Positions 1 through 9,085 are shown, counted from the stretch's first letter. The stretch is 64,000 nucleotides of DNA from an uncultured Gammaproteobacteria bacterium (GCA_964486505.1 CAZAMC010000002.1:129656-193655), one strand, 5' to 3'. Program-made: numbers and translations. Notes: generated by a model from the letters alone, not told the origin.

Positions 1-79
1 ACAGCCTCGGCGACGGCATTGACGGGTTTTGCCTCTCTCTGCTACGCTGTGTAGTAGATTTAGCAACTGGAGAAATTCT

Positions 80-457
80 ATGGCAAAGCGCGCAATTCCT
101 GGGTTTGGTGAGCTGGAGACGGCTATCCTTGAGGTCGTGTGGCAGAGCCACCCGATTGCGGTTCGGGATGTGCTGGCCAAGCTGAATCGCGGTTGCGCGT
201 ACACCACAATTATGACCGTCATGCAGCGCTTATTTGATAAGGGCGTGCTGCGGCGGACCCTGGTGGATAATGCGTACCAGTACGAGCCGGCGCAACCGAA
301 AGCCGAGTTTGTGCAACGAACGATTCGTTCGACGGTGGACCAACTTGTCTCCGGTTTTGGTGATGTGGCCCTCGCGCACTTTGTGGATGCCCTAGATGAC
401 GTAGACCCCAGGCGTGTAGAGAAACTTCGCCGTACCCTGCGAAAGCATGAAAAGTAG
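80..457 (+). CDS. BlaI/MecI/CopY-family winged-helix transcriptional repressor
   Basis: ORF 29..457, internal Met MAKRAIPGFGELETAILEVVW... is the typical penicillinase-repressor N-terminus. There is no C-terminal CxC metal-binding motif of CopY. The stop overlaps the start of the next gene. Confidence 0.75.
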   Translation: MAKRAIPGFGELETAILEVVWQSHPIAVRDVLAKLNRGCAYTTIMTVMQRLFDKGVLRRTLVDNAYQYEPAQPKAEFVQRTIRSTVDQLVSGFGDVALAHFVDALDDVDPRRVEKLRRTLRKHEK

Positions 458-1400
458 CCGCGTCCTCATGTTCATGGGCGGTGGCAGTGCTGCGCTGATG
501 ATTGGGGCGAGCGTGGTGTTGGCATTCCTCTGGCCCCACGTCGTGAGTACCCTGAGCAATGCGCTACACGCGGTTACCTACGCCTGCCAAGCGGTGTGGC
601 AAGATCTGACACGCGCGCAGTTAGCCTTCGCCAGCCTGAGCGCTGGTGCACTGTTGGGTTTTTTGAGTTGGGTTGGCTACACGGCGTTCCGCGCAATTCG
701 CCTGTCGAAGCGGCTCGCATTTCCCCGACAAGAAGTTCCCGTGCGCGTGCTCTCCATTGCCGCCGACGCGGGCCTCGATCCTAGTCGTTTAACCGTTGTG
801 CAGGACGCGCGGGCATTTGCCATGACGACGGGTGTGCGTTGGCCAGAAGTCTTCCTCTCCACTGCGGCGCTCCGGACCCTTTCCCAGGCCCAGCTCCGGG
901 CCGTCCTTGAGCACGAAGCGCACCACGTCCGCGAGCGTGAACCCCTGCGTCGGCTTGTCCTGGCGCTCGCTTTGCTGTGGGTTCCGTTCCGGCGGTTACG
1001 GGATTACCTCCGGAATAACTACGTGACGGCTTCGGAACTCGAAGCCGATGAGCGCGTGCATGATCAGCACGTGCTGGGGGCCGCGCTCTTGCGCCTCGTT
1101 GCCCCGCCAATAGCGGCCGCTGGTTTTAGCCCGCTTGATGCTCGGGTGGAGCGCCTGGTGAATCCAGCATTCCGCCATACCGGGAAACCCGCGCTGCGCT
1201 TTGCACTGCTTGCTGTGGTCGCCGTGGTCGGGCTCGCCGTGCTGGCTCCGCATGCCATTGCCACGGTGTACGGCGGGCACCCCTCGTCTACCATGGCCGC
1301 CCACCTCGACATGTGCCGTGTGGAGCACGAGCGCATGCTGCAGTCACGAGAAGGGTCGTGCGGGCAGTTTTCCACCCCGCAAACTTGTGCCACGAAGTAG
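447..1400 (+). CDS. BlaR1/MecR1-like M56 zinc metallopeptidase, membrane-bound, lacking the penicillin-binding sensor domain; Cys/His-rich C-terminal tail
   Basis: N-terminal TM helices, HEAHHVRE (HEXXH) motif, 317 aa versus about 585 aa for true BlaR1. C-terminal tail ...HLDMCRVEHERMLQSREGSCGQFSTPQTCATK. Translationally coupled to the BlaI-like gene. Confidence 0.65.
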   Translation: MKSSRVLMFMGGGSAALMIGASVVLAFLWPHVVSTLSNALHAVTYACQAVWQDLTRAQLAFASLSAGALLGFLSWVGYTAFRAIRLSKRLAFPRQEVPVRVLSIAADAGLDPSRLTVVQDARAFAMTTGVRWPEVFLSTAALRTLSQAQLRAVLEHEAHHVREREPLRRLVLALALLWVPFRRLRDYLRNNYVTASELEADERVHDQHVLGAALLRLVAPPIAAAGFSPLDARVERLVNPAFRHTGKPALRFALLAVVAVVGLAVLAPHAIATVYGGHPSSTMAAHLDMCRVEHERMLQSREGSCGQFSTPQTCATK

Positions 1401-1401
1401 C

Positions 1402-2826
1402 ATGCGCACACCCGACGGCCAAGTCCTCCTCGATATCCAGACCAGCGGCATGCACTGCCGGAGCTGTGAGTTGTTGGTTGAGCAGTCTATTCAGAAGCTC
1501 CCCGGCGTTGGCAAGGTGCAAGCGAATGCCGATCGCAATCGGGTTCGCGTACTCTGTGACCAGCAGCACGTGCCCACGCCTCAGCAGATTGGCGAAGCCA
1601 TAAAACCGCACGGGTACACAGTGGTCACTGGTGTGGTCCAGCCAGCAGGCGCGCCAACAGCCAAGCGCCACCCAGGTACCCAAGCCGCAGAGCACCGTGA
1701 GCGTCCGACCGTTGCTCAAATTGCCGGCGCCTTCACTATCGTACTCGTTATTGGCTTTGCTCTCTCGAAGGCCGGGTTCTTGCAATTTAATCAAGCCGTG
1801 GATGGTTCAGCGGGGTTCCTGAGTGTTCTGTTCCTGGGCTTGGTAGCCGCAAGCAGCTCCTGCGTTGCCGTCGCTGGGGGATTGCTCCTCTCCACAGTAG
1901 AGCGCGTGAGTGATCGCTACGGTTTGCTTCCCGGCAAGCAGCGTTTCGTACCCGTCGGCACTTTCGTGGCGGGCCGAATTGTTGGGTACACCGTATTCGG
2001 TGCCCTCATTGCCGGGTTGGGGAAAGCCTTGGCGCTGCCGCCGTGGGCTACTGGCCTTATCACAATTTTGGCCGCGCTTTTCATGCTCGTCATGGGGTTG
2101 GACATGCTTCGCATTGCGCCAACGTGGTTGAAGGTCATCTTGCCCCGGATGCCGAAATTCATTAGCCGCAGAGTGATGAGCGGCGGAGAAGCAGGCAAGG
2201 TGAGCTACGCCACGCCATTCACCTTGGGAGCGCTGACATTCTTCTTGCCCTGTGGGTTTACGCAGGCGTTGCAGCTCTACGTCCTGACCACGGGTAATGT
2301 GGTAGCTGGCGCCCTTACGATGCTCGCCTTCTCTCTCGGTACTGCCCCGGCGCTCTTGGCGCTCGGTTGGGCGTCGAATGCACTGAAGGGTAAGTGGGGG
2401 AAGCTGTTCTTCCGCGTTGCGGGCGCGGCCGTCATTGTCATGGGGCTGTACAACTTCAACAACGGCCTCACGCTTACTGGGCATCCCGTGTCATTCAATT
2501 TTGGTACGGGCAAAGACGCTGCTCCCGTGGCGACGGTTGAGAACGTTGTTCTCGAGGGTGGCGTGCAGGTTGTGAAGACTGCATTCACATCCTCGGGGTA
2601 CTCGCCAGAAACATTTACCGTTGAAGCGGGTAAGCCGGTACGGTGGGAGATTGATGGTAACGGGAATGCAGGCGGGTGCCGCTCGGTCTTTCAGGTGCCG
2701 GCCTTCAAGATCCAGAAATTCATGAGTAATGGATTGACCGTCGCGGAATTCACTCCTGATAAACCCGGTACCTACGCGTTTAGTTGCAGCATGGGCATGT
2801 ATCGGGGGAGTTTTACCGTCATTTAG
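1402..2826 (+). CDS. Fusion protein: HMA metal-binding domain + polytopic membrane domain (DsbD_2/CcdA-like, Cys in two TM helices) + C-terminal cupredoxin-like domain
   Basis: ATG at 1402 immediately after the blaR1-like stop. GMHCRSCE (MxCxxC-type HMA). TM segments with ...ASSSCVAVAGG... and ...FFLPCGFTQA.... C-terminal FSCSMGMYRGSFTVI paralogous to the ORF at 3087. Confidence 0.6.
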   Translation: MRTPDGQVLLDIQTSGMHCRSCELLVEQSIQKLPGVGKVQANADRNRVRVLCDQQHVPTPQQIGEAIKPHGYTVVTGVVQPAGAPTAKRHPGTQAAEHRERPTVAQIAGAFTIVLVIGFALSKAGFLQFNQAVDGSAGFLSVLFLGLVAASSSCVAVAGGLLLSTVERVSDRYGLLPGKQRFVPVGTFVAGRIVGYTVFGALIAGLGKALALPPWATGLITILAALFMLVMGLDMLRIAPTWLKVILPRMPKFISRRVMSGGEAGKVSYATPFTLGALTFFLPCGFTQALQLYVLTTGNVVAGALTMLAFSLGTAPALLALGWASNALKGKWGKLFFRVAGAAVIVMGLYNFNNGLTLTGHPVSFNFGTGKDAAPVATVENVVLEGGVQVVKTAFTSSGYSPETFTVEAGKPVRWEIDGNGNAGGCRSVFQVPAFKIQKFMSNGLTVAEFTPDKPGTYAFSCSMGMYRGSFTVI

Positions 2827-2831
2827 CCAGT

Positions 2832-3029
2832 ATGCAAACGCAGACTCTCCCCCTCAAGAACATGGACTGCGACGCCTGCGAGCGCCTGGTAACCTTGACC
2901 TTGGCCGAACAGCCAGGTGTTCACAAAGTGCAGGCGAATCAGCGCGAAGTTGAGGTTACGTTTGATGAGCAGACGACCTCACCCGACGTGCTGCGCAGTG
3001 CCCTCGACGGCATTGGTCACGCTGCATAG
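2832..3029 (+). CDS. copZ: CopZ-like heavy-metal-associated copper chaperone
   Basis: MQTQTLPLKNMDCDACERLVTL...: MxCxxC motif, about 65 aa ferredoxin-like HMA fold. Confidence 0.7.
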   Translation: MQTQTLPLKNMDCDACERLVTLTLAEQPGVHKVQANQREVEVTFDEQTTSPDVLRSALDGIGHAA

Positions 3030-3086
3030 CCAAATCGCGCCGCCTGGGCTGCGGCAAGGCCTGGCAGATTTTTTCACCCCCGATAG

Positions 3087-3461
3087 ATGCTCACTATGAT
3101 CATCCTTGGCATCATTCTCATTATTCTCATCATCGGCCTCCTCGGGCTGTGGTTGCGCTCGCAACATCAGCAGGAAGCAGCAGTGGTGAACGCCACGGGT
3201 GCGCAGGAGGCAACCATTATCGTCAAAGGCGCATACCAACCGAACGTCGTCACGGTCCAGGCTGGAAAACCGGTTGTTCTCACCTTCGATCGGCAGGAAG
3301 ACGCGGAATGTTCACGGTTCGTTACCATTGACCGCGTGCACATCCGCCAGGATTTGCCCGCGCACCAGAAGACAGCCATTCGCTTCACTCCAGAGAAGCC
3401 TGGCGAATACTCTTTCACTTGCGACATGGGCATGTATCAGGGCCGCCTCATCGTCCAGTAG
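3087..3461 (+). CDS. Membrane-anchored cupredoxin-like protein (putative Cu(I)-binding)
   Basis: N-terminal TM helix, then ...AECSRFV...[15 protein letters not shown], paralogous to the C-terminus of the 1402..2826 protein. Confidence 0.55.
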   Translation: MLTMIILGIILIILIIGLLGLWLRSQHQQEAAVVNATGAQEATIIVKGAYQPNVVTVQAGKPVVLTFDRQEDAECSRFVTIDRVHIRQDLPAHQKTAIRFTPEKPGEYSFTCDMGMYQGRLIVQ

Positions 3462-3462
3462 T

Positions 3463-5661
3463 ATGGCTACCTGCGATCTATCCTTGAAGGGCATGCACTG
3501 TGCTTCGTGCAGTCAGCTCATTGAGCTTGCCTTGCGCAAGACCAAAGGCGTTGCCAGCGCCAACGTGAACGTGGCCACGGAGCGTGCGCACGTGGAGTAC
3601 GATGCGAGCGTTGTTGGCGTGCCCGCACTAGAAGCGGCCGTGAAGAAGGTAGGCTACGGCGCGCAGGAGCTGACAGCCGGGGGCGCTGATACCGAGCGGG
3701 CCGAACGGGACAAGGACATGGCCACAACGAAGCGAAAGTTTTTCGTTGCTTTGGCGCTCTCCATTCCCGTCGCCCTCCTGAGCATGGGCATGTACCTAGT
3801 GCCTGCCATTGAGGAGGTTCCGGGCCGGGCCTGGTTGCAGCTGGTGCTCACCACGCCGGTTATGCTCTGGTGCGGCTGGCAGTTTTTCACCGGCTTCTGG
3901 GGCGCGCTGCGAGCACGCACCGCGAACATGGATTCACTCATCGCCCTTGGCACGGGCGCGGCCTTTGTGTATTCCGTATTCGTTACGGTCGGACTCGTAG
4001 ACGGTGAGCTGTACTTCGAGATTGCCGCCATCCTCATTATGTTCGTATTGCTCGGTAAGTGGCTGGAGGCACGAGCAAAAGGCAAGGCGAGCGATGCAAT
4101 CCGAAGTTTGATGCAGCTGCAGGCCAAGACGGCTATTGTCGTGCGGGCTGGGCAGGATGTGGAGGTGCCTATTGAGCAGGTGGTGGCTGGCGACGTTGTG
4201 CGCGTGAAGCCGGGCCAGAAAGTGCCGGTGGATGGCAAAGTGCTAGATGGCCACAGCAGCGTGGACGAGAGCATGGTGACCGGTGAAAGTTTGCCCGTCG
4301 AGAAGCAAGCGGGCGACATCGTTATCGGCAGCACCATAAACGGCAGTGGCAGTTTTACCTTCACGGCCACGAAAGTTGGGAGCGAGACGCTGCTCGCGGG
4401 CATCATTAAGCTGGTTGAACAAGCGCAAGCCAGCAAAGCGCCCATCCAACGCTTTGCGGATCGCGTATCGGCGTACTTCGTGCCCACGGTCATTGCCATT
4501 GCTCTCATCACATTCGTTGCGTGGTACTTTCTGGCGGGCGAGACGTTTGTGGTGAGCCTCCTCAAGTTCGTTGCCGTCCTGGTTATCGCCTGCCCGTGCG
4601 CGCTGGGGCTGGCCACGCCCACAGCGATCATTACCGGCACAGGCTTAGGCGCGCAGAAGGGGATCCTCATTAAAGGTGGTGAGGCGCTGGAAGCCGCGCG
4701 GAAAATTGACGTGGTGGTGTTCGATAAGACCGGCACGCTCACGCACGGCAAGCCGGTGGTGACAGACGTCGTGTCTTTTGATTCAGCGCTTTCTCAGGAC
4801 AGGCTCCTCCAACTCGGGGCCGCCGTAGAACAGCGGTCCGAGCACCCGCTCGCTGCTGCAATTGTGCAGAGCGCGAAAGCGAAGGGGCGCGCGTTAGCCG
4901 AACCGCAGGACTTCCAGAGCGTGACGGGGAAAGGCGTGTCGGCAACTGTAGAAAGGCAGAAGCTCCTGCTCGGTAACCGGGCGCTGTTCGCAGAAGCGAA
5001 GGTATCACTCGGCAGCCACGAAAGCGATATTGCCGTGCTCGAGCGCCAAGGCAAGACCGTTATGCTCATTGCCGTAGACGGTCGGTTCGCCGGTATTATT
5101 GCCGTTGCCGATACCGTGAAGCAGTCGTCCAAGCAGACCGTAGACGCGCTCGCCAAGCTTGGCATTCAGTCTGTTATGATCACGGGTGATAATGAGCGCA
5201 CGGCCCAGGCCATTGCGCAGCAGGTTGGCATTGCGGAAGTGCGGGCGCAAGTATTGCCGCATCACAAGTCCGCGGCGGTCAAAGACCTGCAAGCCCGGGG
5301 CAAACGCGTGGCGTTCGTGGGTGACGGCGTCAACGACGCGCCCGCGCTCGCGCAAGCGGAGCTCGGCATTGCCATTGGCAGCGGCACCGACGTGGCTCTG
5401 GAAACTGGCCAAATCGTCCTCGTGCGAGATGACCTCATGGATGTCGTGCGTGCTATAACCTTGGCACGCCGAACGTTTCGGAAAATAGTTCAGAACTTGT
5501 TCTGGGCGCTGTTCTACAACGTCGCCGGTATTCCCATTGCGGCCGGCGTCTTCGCGGGCATCGGCCTCACCTTGCGGCCAGAGCTCGCGGGGTTGGCTAT
5601 GGCCCTGTCCAGTGTTTCTGTGGTGAGTAATTCGCTCCTCCTCAAGCGCACCCGGTTGTAA
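3463..5661 (+). CDS. copA: Copper-translocating P1B-type ATPase
   Basis: ATG at 3463 ([17 protein letters not shown], an HMA domain), CPC motif ACPCALG, DKTGTLT phosphorylation site, [10 protein letters not shown] hinge. 732 aa. Confidence 0.9.
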   Translation: MATCDLSLKGMHCASCSQLIELALRKTKGVASANVNVATERAHVEYDASVVGVPALEAAVKKVGYGAQELTAGGADTERAERDKDMATTKRKFFVALALSIPVALLSMGMYLVPAIEEVPGRAWLQLVLTTPVMLWCGWQFFTGFWGALRARTANMDSLIALGTGAAFVYSVFVTVGLVDGELYFEIAAILIMFVLLGKWLEARAKGKASDAIRSLMQLQAKTAIVVRAGQDVEVPIEQVVAGDVVRVKPGQKVPVDGKVLDGHSSVDESMVTGESLPVEKQAGDIVIGSTINGSGSFTFTATKVGSETLLAGIIKLVEQAQASKAPIQRFADRVSAYFVPTVIAIALITFVAWYFLAGETFVVSLLKFVAVLVIACPCALGLATPTAIITGTGLGAQKGILIKGGEALEAARKIDVVVFDKTGTLTHGKPVVTDVVSFDSALSQDRLLQLGAAVEQRSEHPLAAAIVQSAKAKGRALAEPQDFQSVTGKGVSATVERQKLLLGNRALFAEAKVSLGSHESDIAVLERQGKTVMLIAVDGRFAGIIAVADTVKQSSKQTVDALAKLGIQSVMITGDNERTAQAIAQQVGIAEVRAQVLPHHKSAAVKDLQARGKRVAFVGDGVNDAPALAQAELGIAIGSGTDVALETGQIVLVRDDLMDVVRAITLARRTFRKIVQNLFWALFYNVAGIPIAAGVFAGIGLTLRPELAGLAMALSSVSVVSNSLLLKRTRL

Positions 5662-5666
5662 AAGCA

Positions 5667-5694
5667 AAAGGGAGATCGGGTGATCTCCCTTTTT
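5667..5694. terminator. Bidirectional rho-independent terminator between convergent copA and the AsnRS-like gene
   Basis: Perfect hairpin aaagggagatc-gggt-gatctcccttt followed by TTTT; A-rich on the other side. Confidence 0.7.
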
Positions 5695-5702
5695 GGAAAG
5701 AA

Positions 5703-6743
5703 CTAGTACAGCAGCTCCCGATTTGAGGGCAGGACGACAACCTTGGTGATGTCCGGTTCCGCCAGCAGGTACTGGAAGATGCGGGACATGCCAAAGCCAC
5801 AGCCGGCGTGCGGCACGGACGGGAACTGTTCGAGCATGCCCAGGTACCAGGCAAAGCCCTCTTCGGCGTAAGTGTCCTTCTCCTTGAGACGGGCGAACAT
5901 GGGTGAGGCGAACAGGCGCTCCCGGAACTCATTTGCCGTGTGCACGCGCGCCGCCGAGCCAATGCACTCGCCGCCGAACGGCACAATGCAGTCGCAGCTC
6001 TGTACGTAGTCGGGGTCCTCCGGATCCGGCTGCATGTTGAAGAACTTGATCGCCAACTTGTCCGCTTTGTGCGCGAAGAGCAGCTGCATCTTCTCGCTCA
6101 TCGGGTTGGGGTAGTGGGTGATGAAGATCGGCCCGCCCCCGTGGCTGGTCACGAGGAGCTGCTCCTGGCTGGACGAGAGGTCGCTGCCCCACGGCAGGCG
6201 GAGTTCGGCGATAGCGTCGGCGTACCGAATGCGGGGGAAGCGCTCCGGGTGAGCAGCGAGGTGCCCCAGGTTAGCCGGCAAGGCGTAGGCCGGGCGGTCA
6301 TTCTCGGGCACGGCCAGGACGCTGCGCACGAGGGCGGTGACGAACTGCTCCATCTCCTCCAGCAAATCCTGGAACGAGCCGCGGAACTCGATTTCCACCA
6401 TCTCGAATTCGGTCAGGTGCCGCGTATCGATGGTGGCCTCGGCCCGTGCCGAAGGGCCCACGCAGTAGAGCTTGGGCAAACCACCTTCGCCCAGGAGCGA
6501 CTCCAGGTAGAGCTGGCCAGTCTGGGCAAAGTACGAGCGTTTCCGGCCGCCGTGGAACCAGCGCGGGTCGCCGTTCACGGTGATTTCGAACAGCGTGTCG
6601 ACATTCTCACAGGCACCGCTGGCGGGCACAATGCGCGGTACGGTCACGCGGTAGAAGCCGCGTTCGCGCAAGTGCGCTTCACCCGCCTGCATGAGCCGAT
6701 CGACGAATCGAATAGTGCCGAAGTTCGGCGTGTAGAAACCCAT
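5703..6743 (-). CDS. AsnRS-like catalytic-core protein without anticodon-binding domain (AsnA-type asparagine synthetase, or truncated AsnRS paralog)
   Basis: Class II aaRS motif 2 DTRHLTEFEMVEIEF (AsnRS-type RHLxEFxMxE), motif 3 GCGFGMSRIFQYLL. 346 aa, no N-terminal OB-fold domain. Confidence 0.55.
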   Translation of the reverse strand: MGFYTPNFGTIRFVDRLMQAGEAHLRERGFYRVTVPRIVPASGACENVDTLFEITVNGDPRWFHGGRKRSYFAQTGQLYLESLLGEGGLPKLYCVGPSARAEATIDTRHLTEFEMVEIEFRGSFQDLLEEMEQFVTALVRSVLAVPENDRPAYALPANLGHLAAHPERFPRIRYADAIAELRLPWGSDLSSSQEQLLVTSHGGGPIFITHYPNPMSEKMQLLFAHKADKLAIKFFNMQPDPEDPDYVQSCDCIVPFGGECIGSAARVHTANEFRERLFASPMFARLKEKDTYAEEGFAWYLGMLEQFPSVPHAGCGFGMSRIFQYLLAEPDITKVVVLPSNRELLY

Positions 6744-6804
6744 GTGTTCCTCCTTTGGATTTACGGGTTTTTCATGAACGTTGTGGGGGTTGTTGTTGGG
6801 GTAT

Positions 6805-6832
6805 TAAAAAACGACCCCGTCAGCGACGGGGG
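6805..6832 (-). terminator. Rho-independent terminator (minus strand) downstream of the small ORF 7023..7235
   Basis: gaccccgtc-agc-gacgggg hairpin with an A-run on the plus strand (U-run on minus). Confidence 0.45.
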
Positions 6833-7022
6833 AGTGGCGAAAAAATACCCGGGGTGTCCCGGGCCGGAGTGGCGTCGAGTTCGGTGGCGCACCTGAGGGT
6901 GACCGAACCGTGCGTGCATACTGTGCAGGAGCGTACTCGCTTGAGATGTGCTTGTCAAATGCTCATGAAGAACAGGCAGCGCGGGCTGCCTGTCTGTAAA
7001 GGTCTTGAACGTACATGGTCGT

Positions 7023-7235
7023 TCACCCGTTTGCTCGCCAGATGGTCGGCCGCGCTTTGCGGATCTGGAGCTGGCTCGCTCGCCAGCGGATGCTGTATGC
7101 AGTCCGCTTCAGTTTGCGTTCCAGCCACTTCGTGGGCATGTGCCGGTAGTACTTCCGTAGCACCGCCTCCTCACGCTTGGTCCAGGCCTTCTGGCCACGG
7201 GTAAAGGTATTGCGTTTCGTACGGATTTTACGCAC
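7023..7235 (-). CDS. Small basic hypothetical protein (70 aa)
   Basis: ORF with a downstream minus-strand terminator; very basic (K/R-rich). No recognisable family. Confidence 0.3.
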   Translation of the reverse strand: MRKIRTKRNTFTRGQKAWTKREEAVLRKYYRHMPTKWLERKLKRTAYSIRWRASQLQIRKARPTIWRANG

Positions 7236-7312
7236 CTCAGGTGCCTCCTCAGTTATGAGTATTGGTTTGAGTTTCGGTCTACCTTAAAACGTTGCCTCCC
7301 ACCTGTCAACCA

Positions 7313-7340
7313 TTGACAAAATTCGCCTTTCCGGTATACT
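7313..7340 (+). promoter_or_regulatory. Sigma70-type promoter (TTGACA -16 nt- TATACT)
   Basis: TTGACA at about 7313..7318, 16-nt spacer, TATACT at about 7335..7340. Confidence 0.55.
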
Positions 7341-7433
7341 CAGCTTCGTAAGATTTTCGTCAGCGTGTATCCCAAAACCTGCCCCGTAATGGGGTCAGTA
7401 TAGCTGCTACCAGCGCTATAGGAGGACTGCCAG

Positions 7434-7467
7434 ACGAGAAGAGGTCGACTTACATTCTCGTTTTTTT
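7434..7467 (+). terminator. Intrinsic terminator/attenuator hairpin 19 nt upstream of the RRM gene start
   Basis: acgagaa-[14 nt loop containing gtcgac]-ttctcgt followed by TTTTTTT. Confidence 0.5.
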
Positions 7468-7485
7468 CGATAGATTTTGAAAACA

Positions 7486-7788
7486 ATGGCAAAGAAACTC
7501 TACGTCGGTGGTCTTCCGTACGCGACAACCCAAGAAGAGCTTGGCGAAGCATTCGCTCAGGCTGGGAAGGTCGAGTCCGCAATCATCATCACCGACAAAA
7601 TGTCTGGTCGCTCGAAGGGCTTTGGATTCGTGGAAATGGCCACGGACGAAGATGCTCAGAAGGCGATTGAGATGTTCAACGGCAAAGACTTCAGCGGTCG
7701 CACGCTTACGGTAAACGAAGCGCGCCCCATGGAGCCTCGCGCCCCGCGCGGTGGAAATGGTGGATTCGGCGGCGGTCGCAGCTGGTAA
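7486..7788 (+). CDS. RRM-type RNA-binding protein (RNP-1/RNP-2 motifs) with Gly-rich tail
   Basis: LYVGGL (RNP-2), KGFGFVEM (RNP-1), C-terminal RGGNGGFGGGRSW. Confidence 0.85.
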   Translation: MAKKLYVGGLPYATTQEELGEAFAQAGKVESAIIITDKMSGRSKGFGFVEMATDEDAQKAIEMFNGKDFSGRTLTVNEARPMEPRAPRGGNGGFGGGRSW

Positions 7789-7856
7789 GCATTCCTCAAG
7801 AATCGAAATCAGTCTCACATGTGTGGGGCTGATTTTCGTTGTGCTAAACTACAGGC

Positions 7857-8609
7857 ATGGTTGAGCAGGATGAGCAGCGCAATCCTTCGCCATTGGCACA
7901 GCGGCATTGGTTTAAACCCATGCTCCTCCTGCTGGTGCTTTTTCTCGTGGTTTTCGTCGTTACGGTCATTGTGGTTGATACGCATCGGGTGAAGAAGGCC
8001 ACAGACCCGCTCGCTGAGCTCACCGCGGGGAGCGCCGCTCAGTCAAGTGTTGGGACGCTGCCGAGTGTCAACCGATCTGTAAACCCACAGCTTGAGACTG
8101 CCGACGATCCTGCCCTCGGTCCGGCCGGGGCACCCGTGGTTGTCGTCATGTTCATCGATTTCCAGTGTCCGTACTGCCGCCAAATGTTCCCGGCCTTTCG
8201 CGAACTTGCTGTAGCGTACAGTAATCGCGTGCGTTTCATTGTGCGGGATTTTCCCGTCACGCAGCTGCATGCGGAAGCGCAAGCCGCCTCCGAAGCGGCG
8301 GGCTGTATCTACGAGCTTGGTGGTAATGACAAGTTCTGGGCATACCATGACAAGCTCTACCTAAACCAAGACGCTCTTGGAACGTCCACGTACCGCACGC
8401 TTGCCACGCAAGTAGGTGTAGAGGATCAGGCTTTTACCGCCTGCGTCGAGAGTGGCCGTACGAAGACAGAAGTAGATCAAGACTTCCTCGACGGCATAGC
8501 GCTGGGCGTTACCGGCACCCCCACTTTCTTCTTCAACGGGTATCGGGTGCAGGGCGTGATTGCGAAGGACAAATTTGCAAAAGTGCTCGATCTGCTGTTA
8601 GCCGAGTAG
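7857..8609 (+). CDS. DsbA-like thioredoxin-fold thiol:disulfide oxidoreductase, membrane-anchored (paralog 1)
   Basis: N-terminal TM helix; active site FQCPYCRQ. Confidence 0.75.
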   Translation: MVEQDEQRNPSPLAQRHWFKPMLLLLVLFLVVFVVTVIVVDTHRVKKATDPLAELTAGSAAQSSVGTLPSVNRSVNPQLETADDPALGPAGAPVVVVMFIDFQCPYCRQMFPAFRELAVAYSNRVRFIVRDFPVTQLHAEAQAASEAAGCIYELGGNDKFWAYHDKLYLNQDALGTSTYRTLATQVGVEDQAFTACVESGRTKTEVDQDFLDGIALGVTGTPTFFFNGYRVQGVIAKDKFAKVLDLLLAE

Positions 8610-8635
8610 CGCAAGGGCTGTGGTATACTACGACT

Positions 8636-9082
8636 ATGCTTGTCTTGGGCGCTGATCACGGAGGCTTCGCGCTGAAAGAGTACCTCAAGCACGCGCTTGT
8701 GAAGCGCGGTGTTCATATTGAAGACTTAGGGCCAACGCGCCGAACCCCCGGCGATGACTACCCGTTGATTGCATCGGCAATTTCTCGGCACGTGCGGCGG
8801 ACAACCGGGAGTCGGGGCGTGCTCCTGTGCGGGAGTGGCATTGGCATGTCGGTGGTGGCAAATAAGCACGCTGGCATTCGCGCCGCACTGGTGTGGAGTG
8901 AGAAAGTTGCAGTGCGCAGCCGTCAAGAAGAAGACGCGAATATCCTGGTTTTGCCCGCGCATTTCTTGTCCCGCGCGGCAGCGCTTCGCATTGTTGAGGT
9001 ATGGCTGAAGACGCCGTTCAAGCGCATCCCGCGCTACCGGCGCCGACTTGGCGAAATCGCCCGCATTGAACATAGCGCGTAG
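8636..9082 (+). CDS. rpiB: Ribose-5-phosphate isomerase B
   Basis: MLVLGADHGGFALKEYL...LLCGSGIGMSVVANK: RpiB/LacAB family. Confidence 0.85.
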   Translation: MLVLGADHGGFALKEYLKHALVKRGVHIEDLGPTRRTPGDDYPLIASAISRHVRRTTGSRGVLLCGSGIGMSVVANKHAGIRAALVWSEKVAVRSRQEEDANILVLPAHFLSRAAALRIVEVWLKTPFKRIPRYRRRLGEIARIEHSA

Positions 9083-9085
9083 CGT

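Noticed and set aside
3654-4751. 365-aa minus-strand ORF
   Set aside because: Antisense to copA; a GC-rich artifact.
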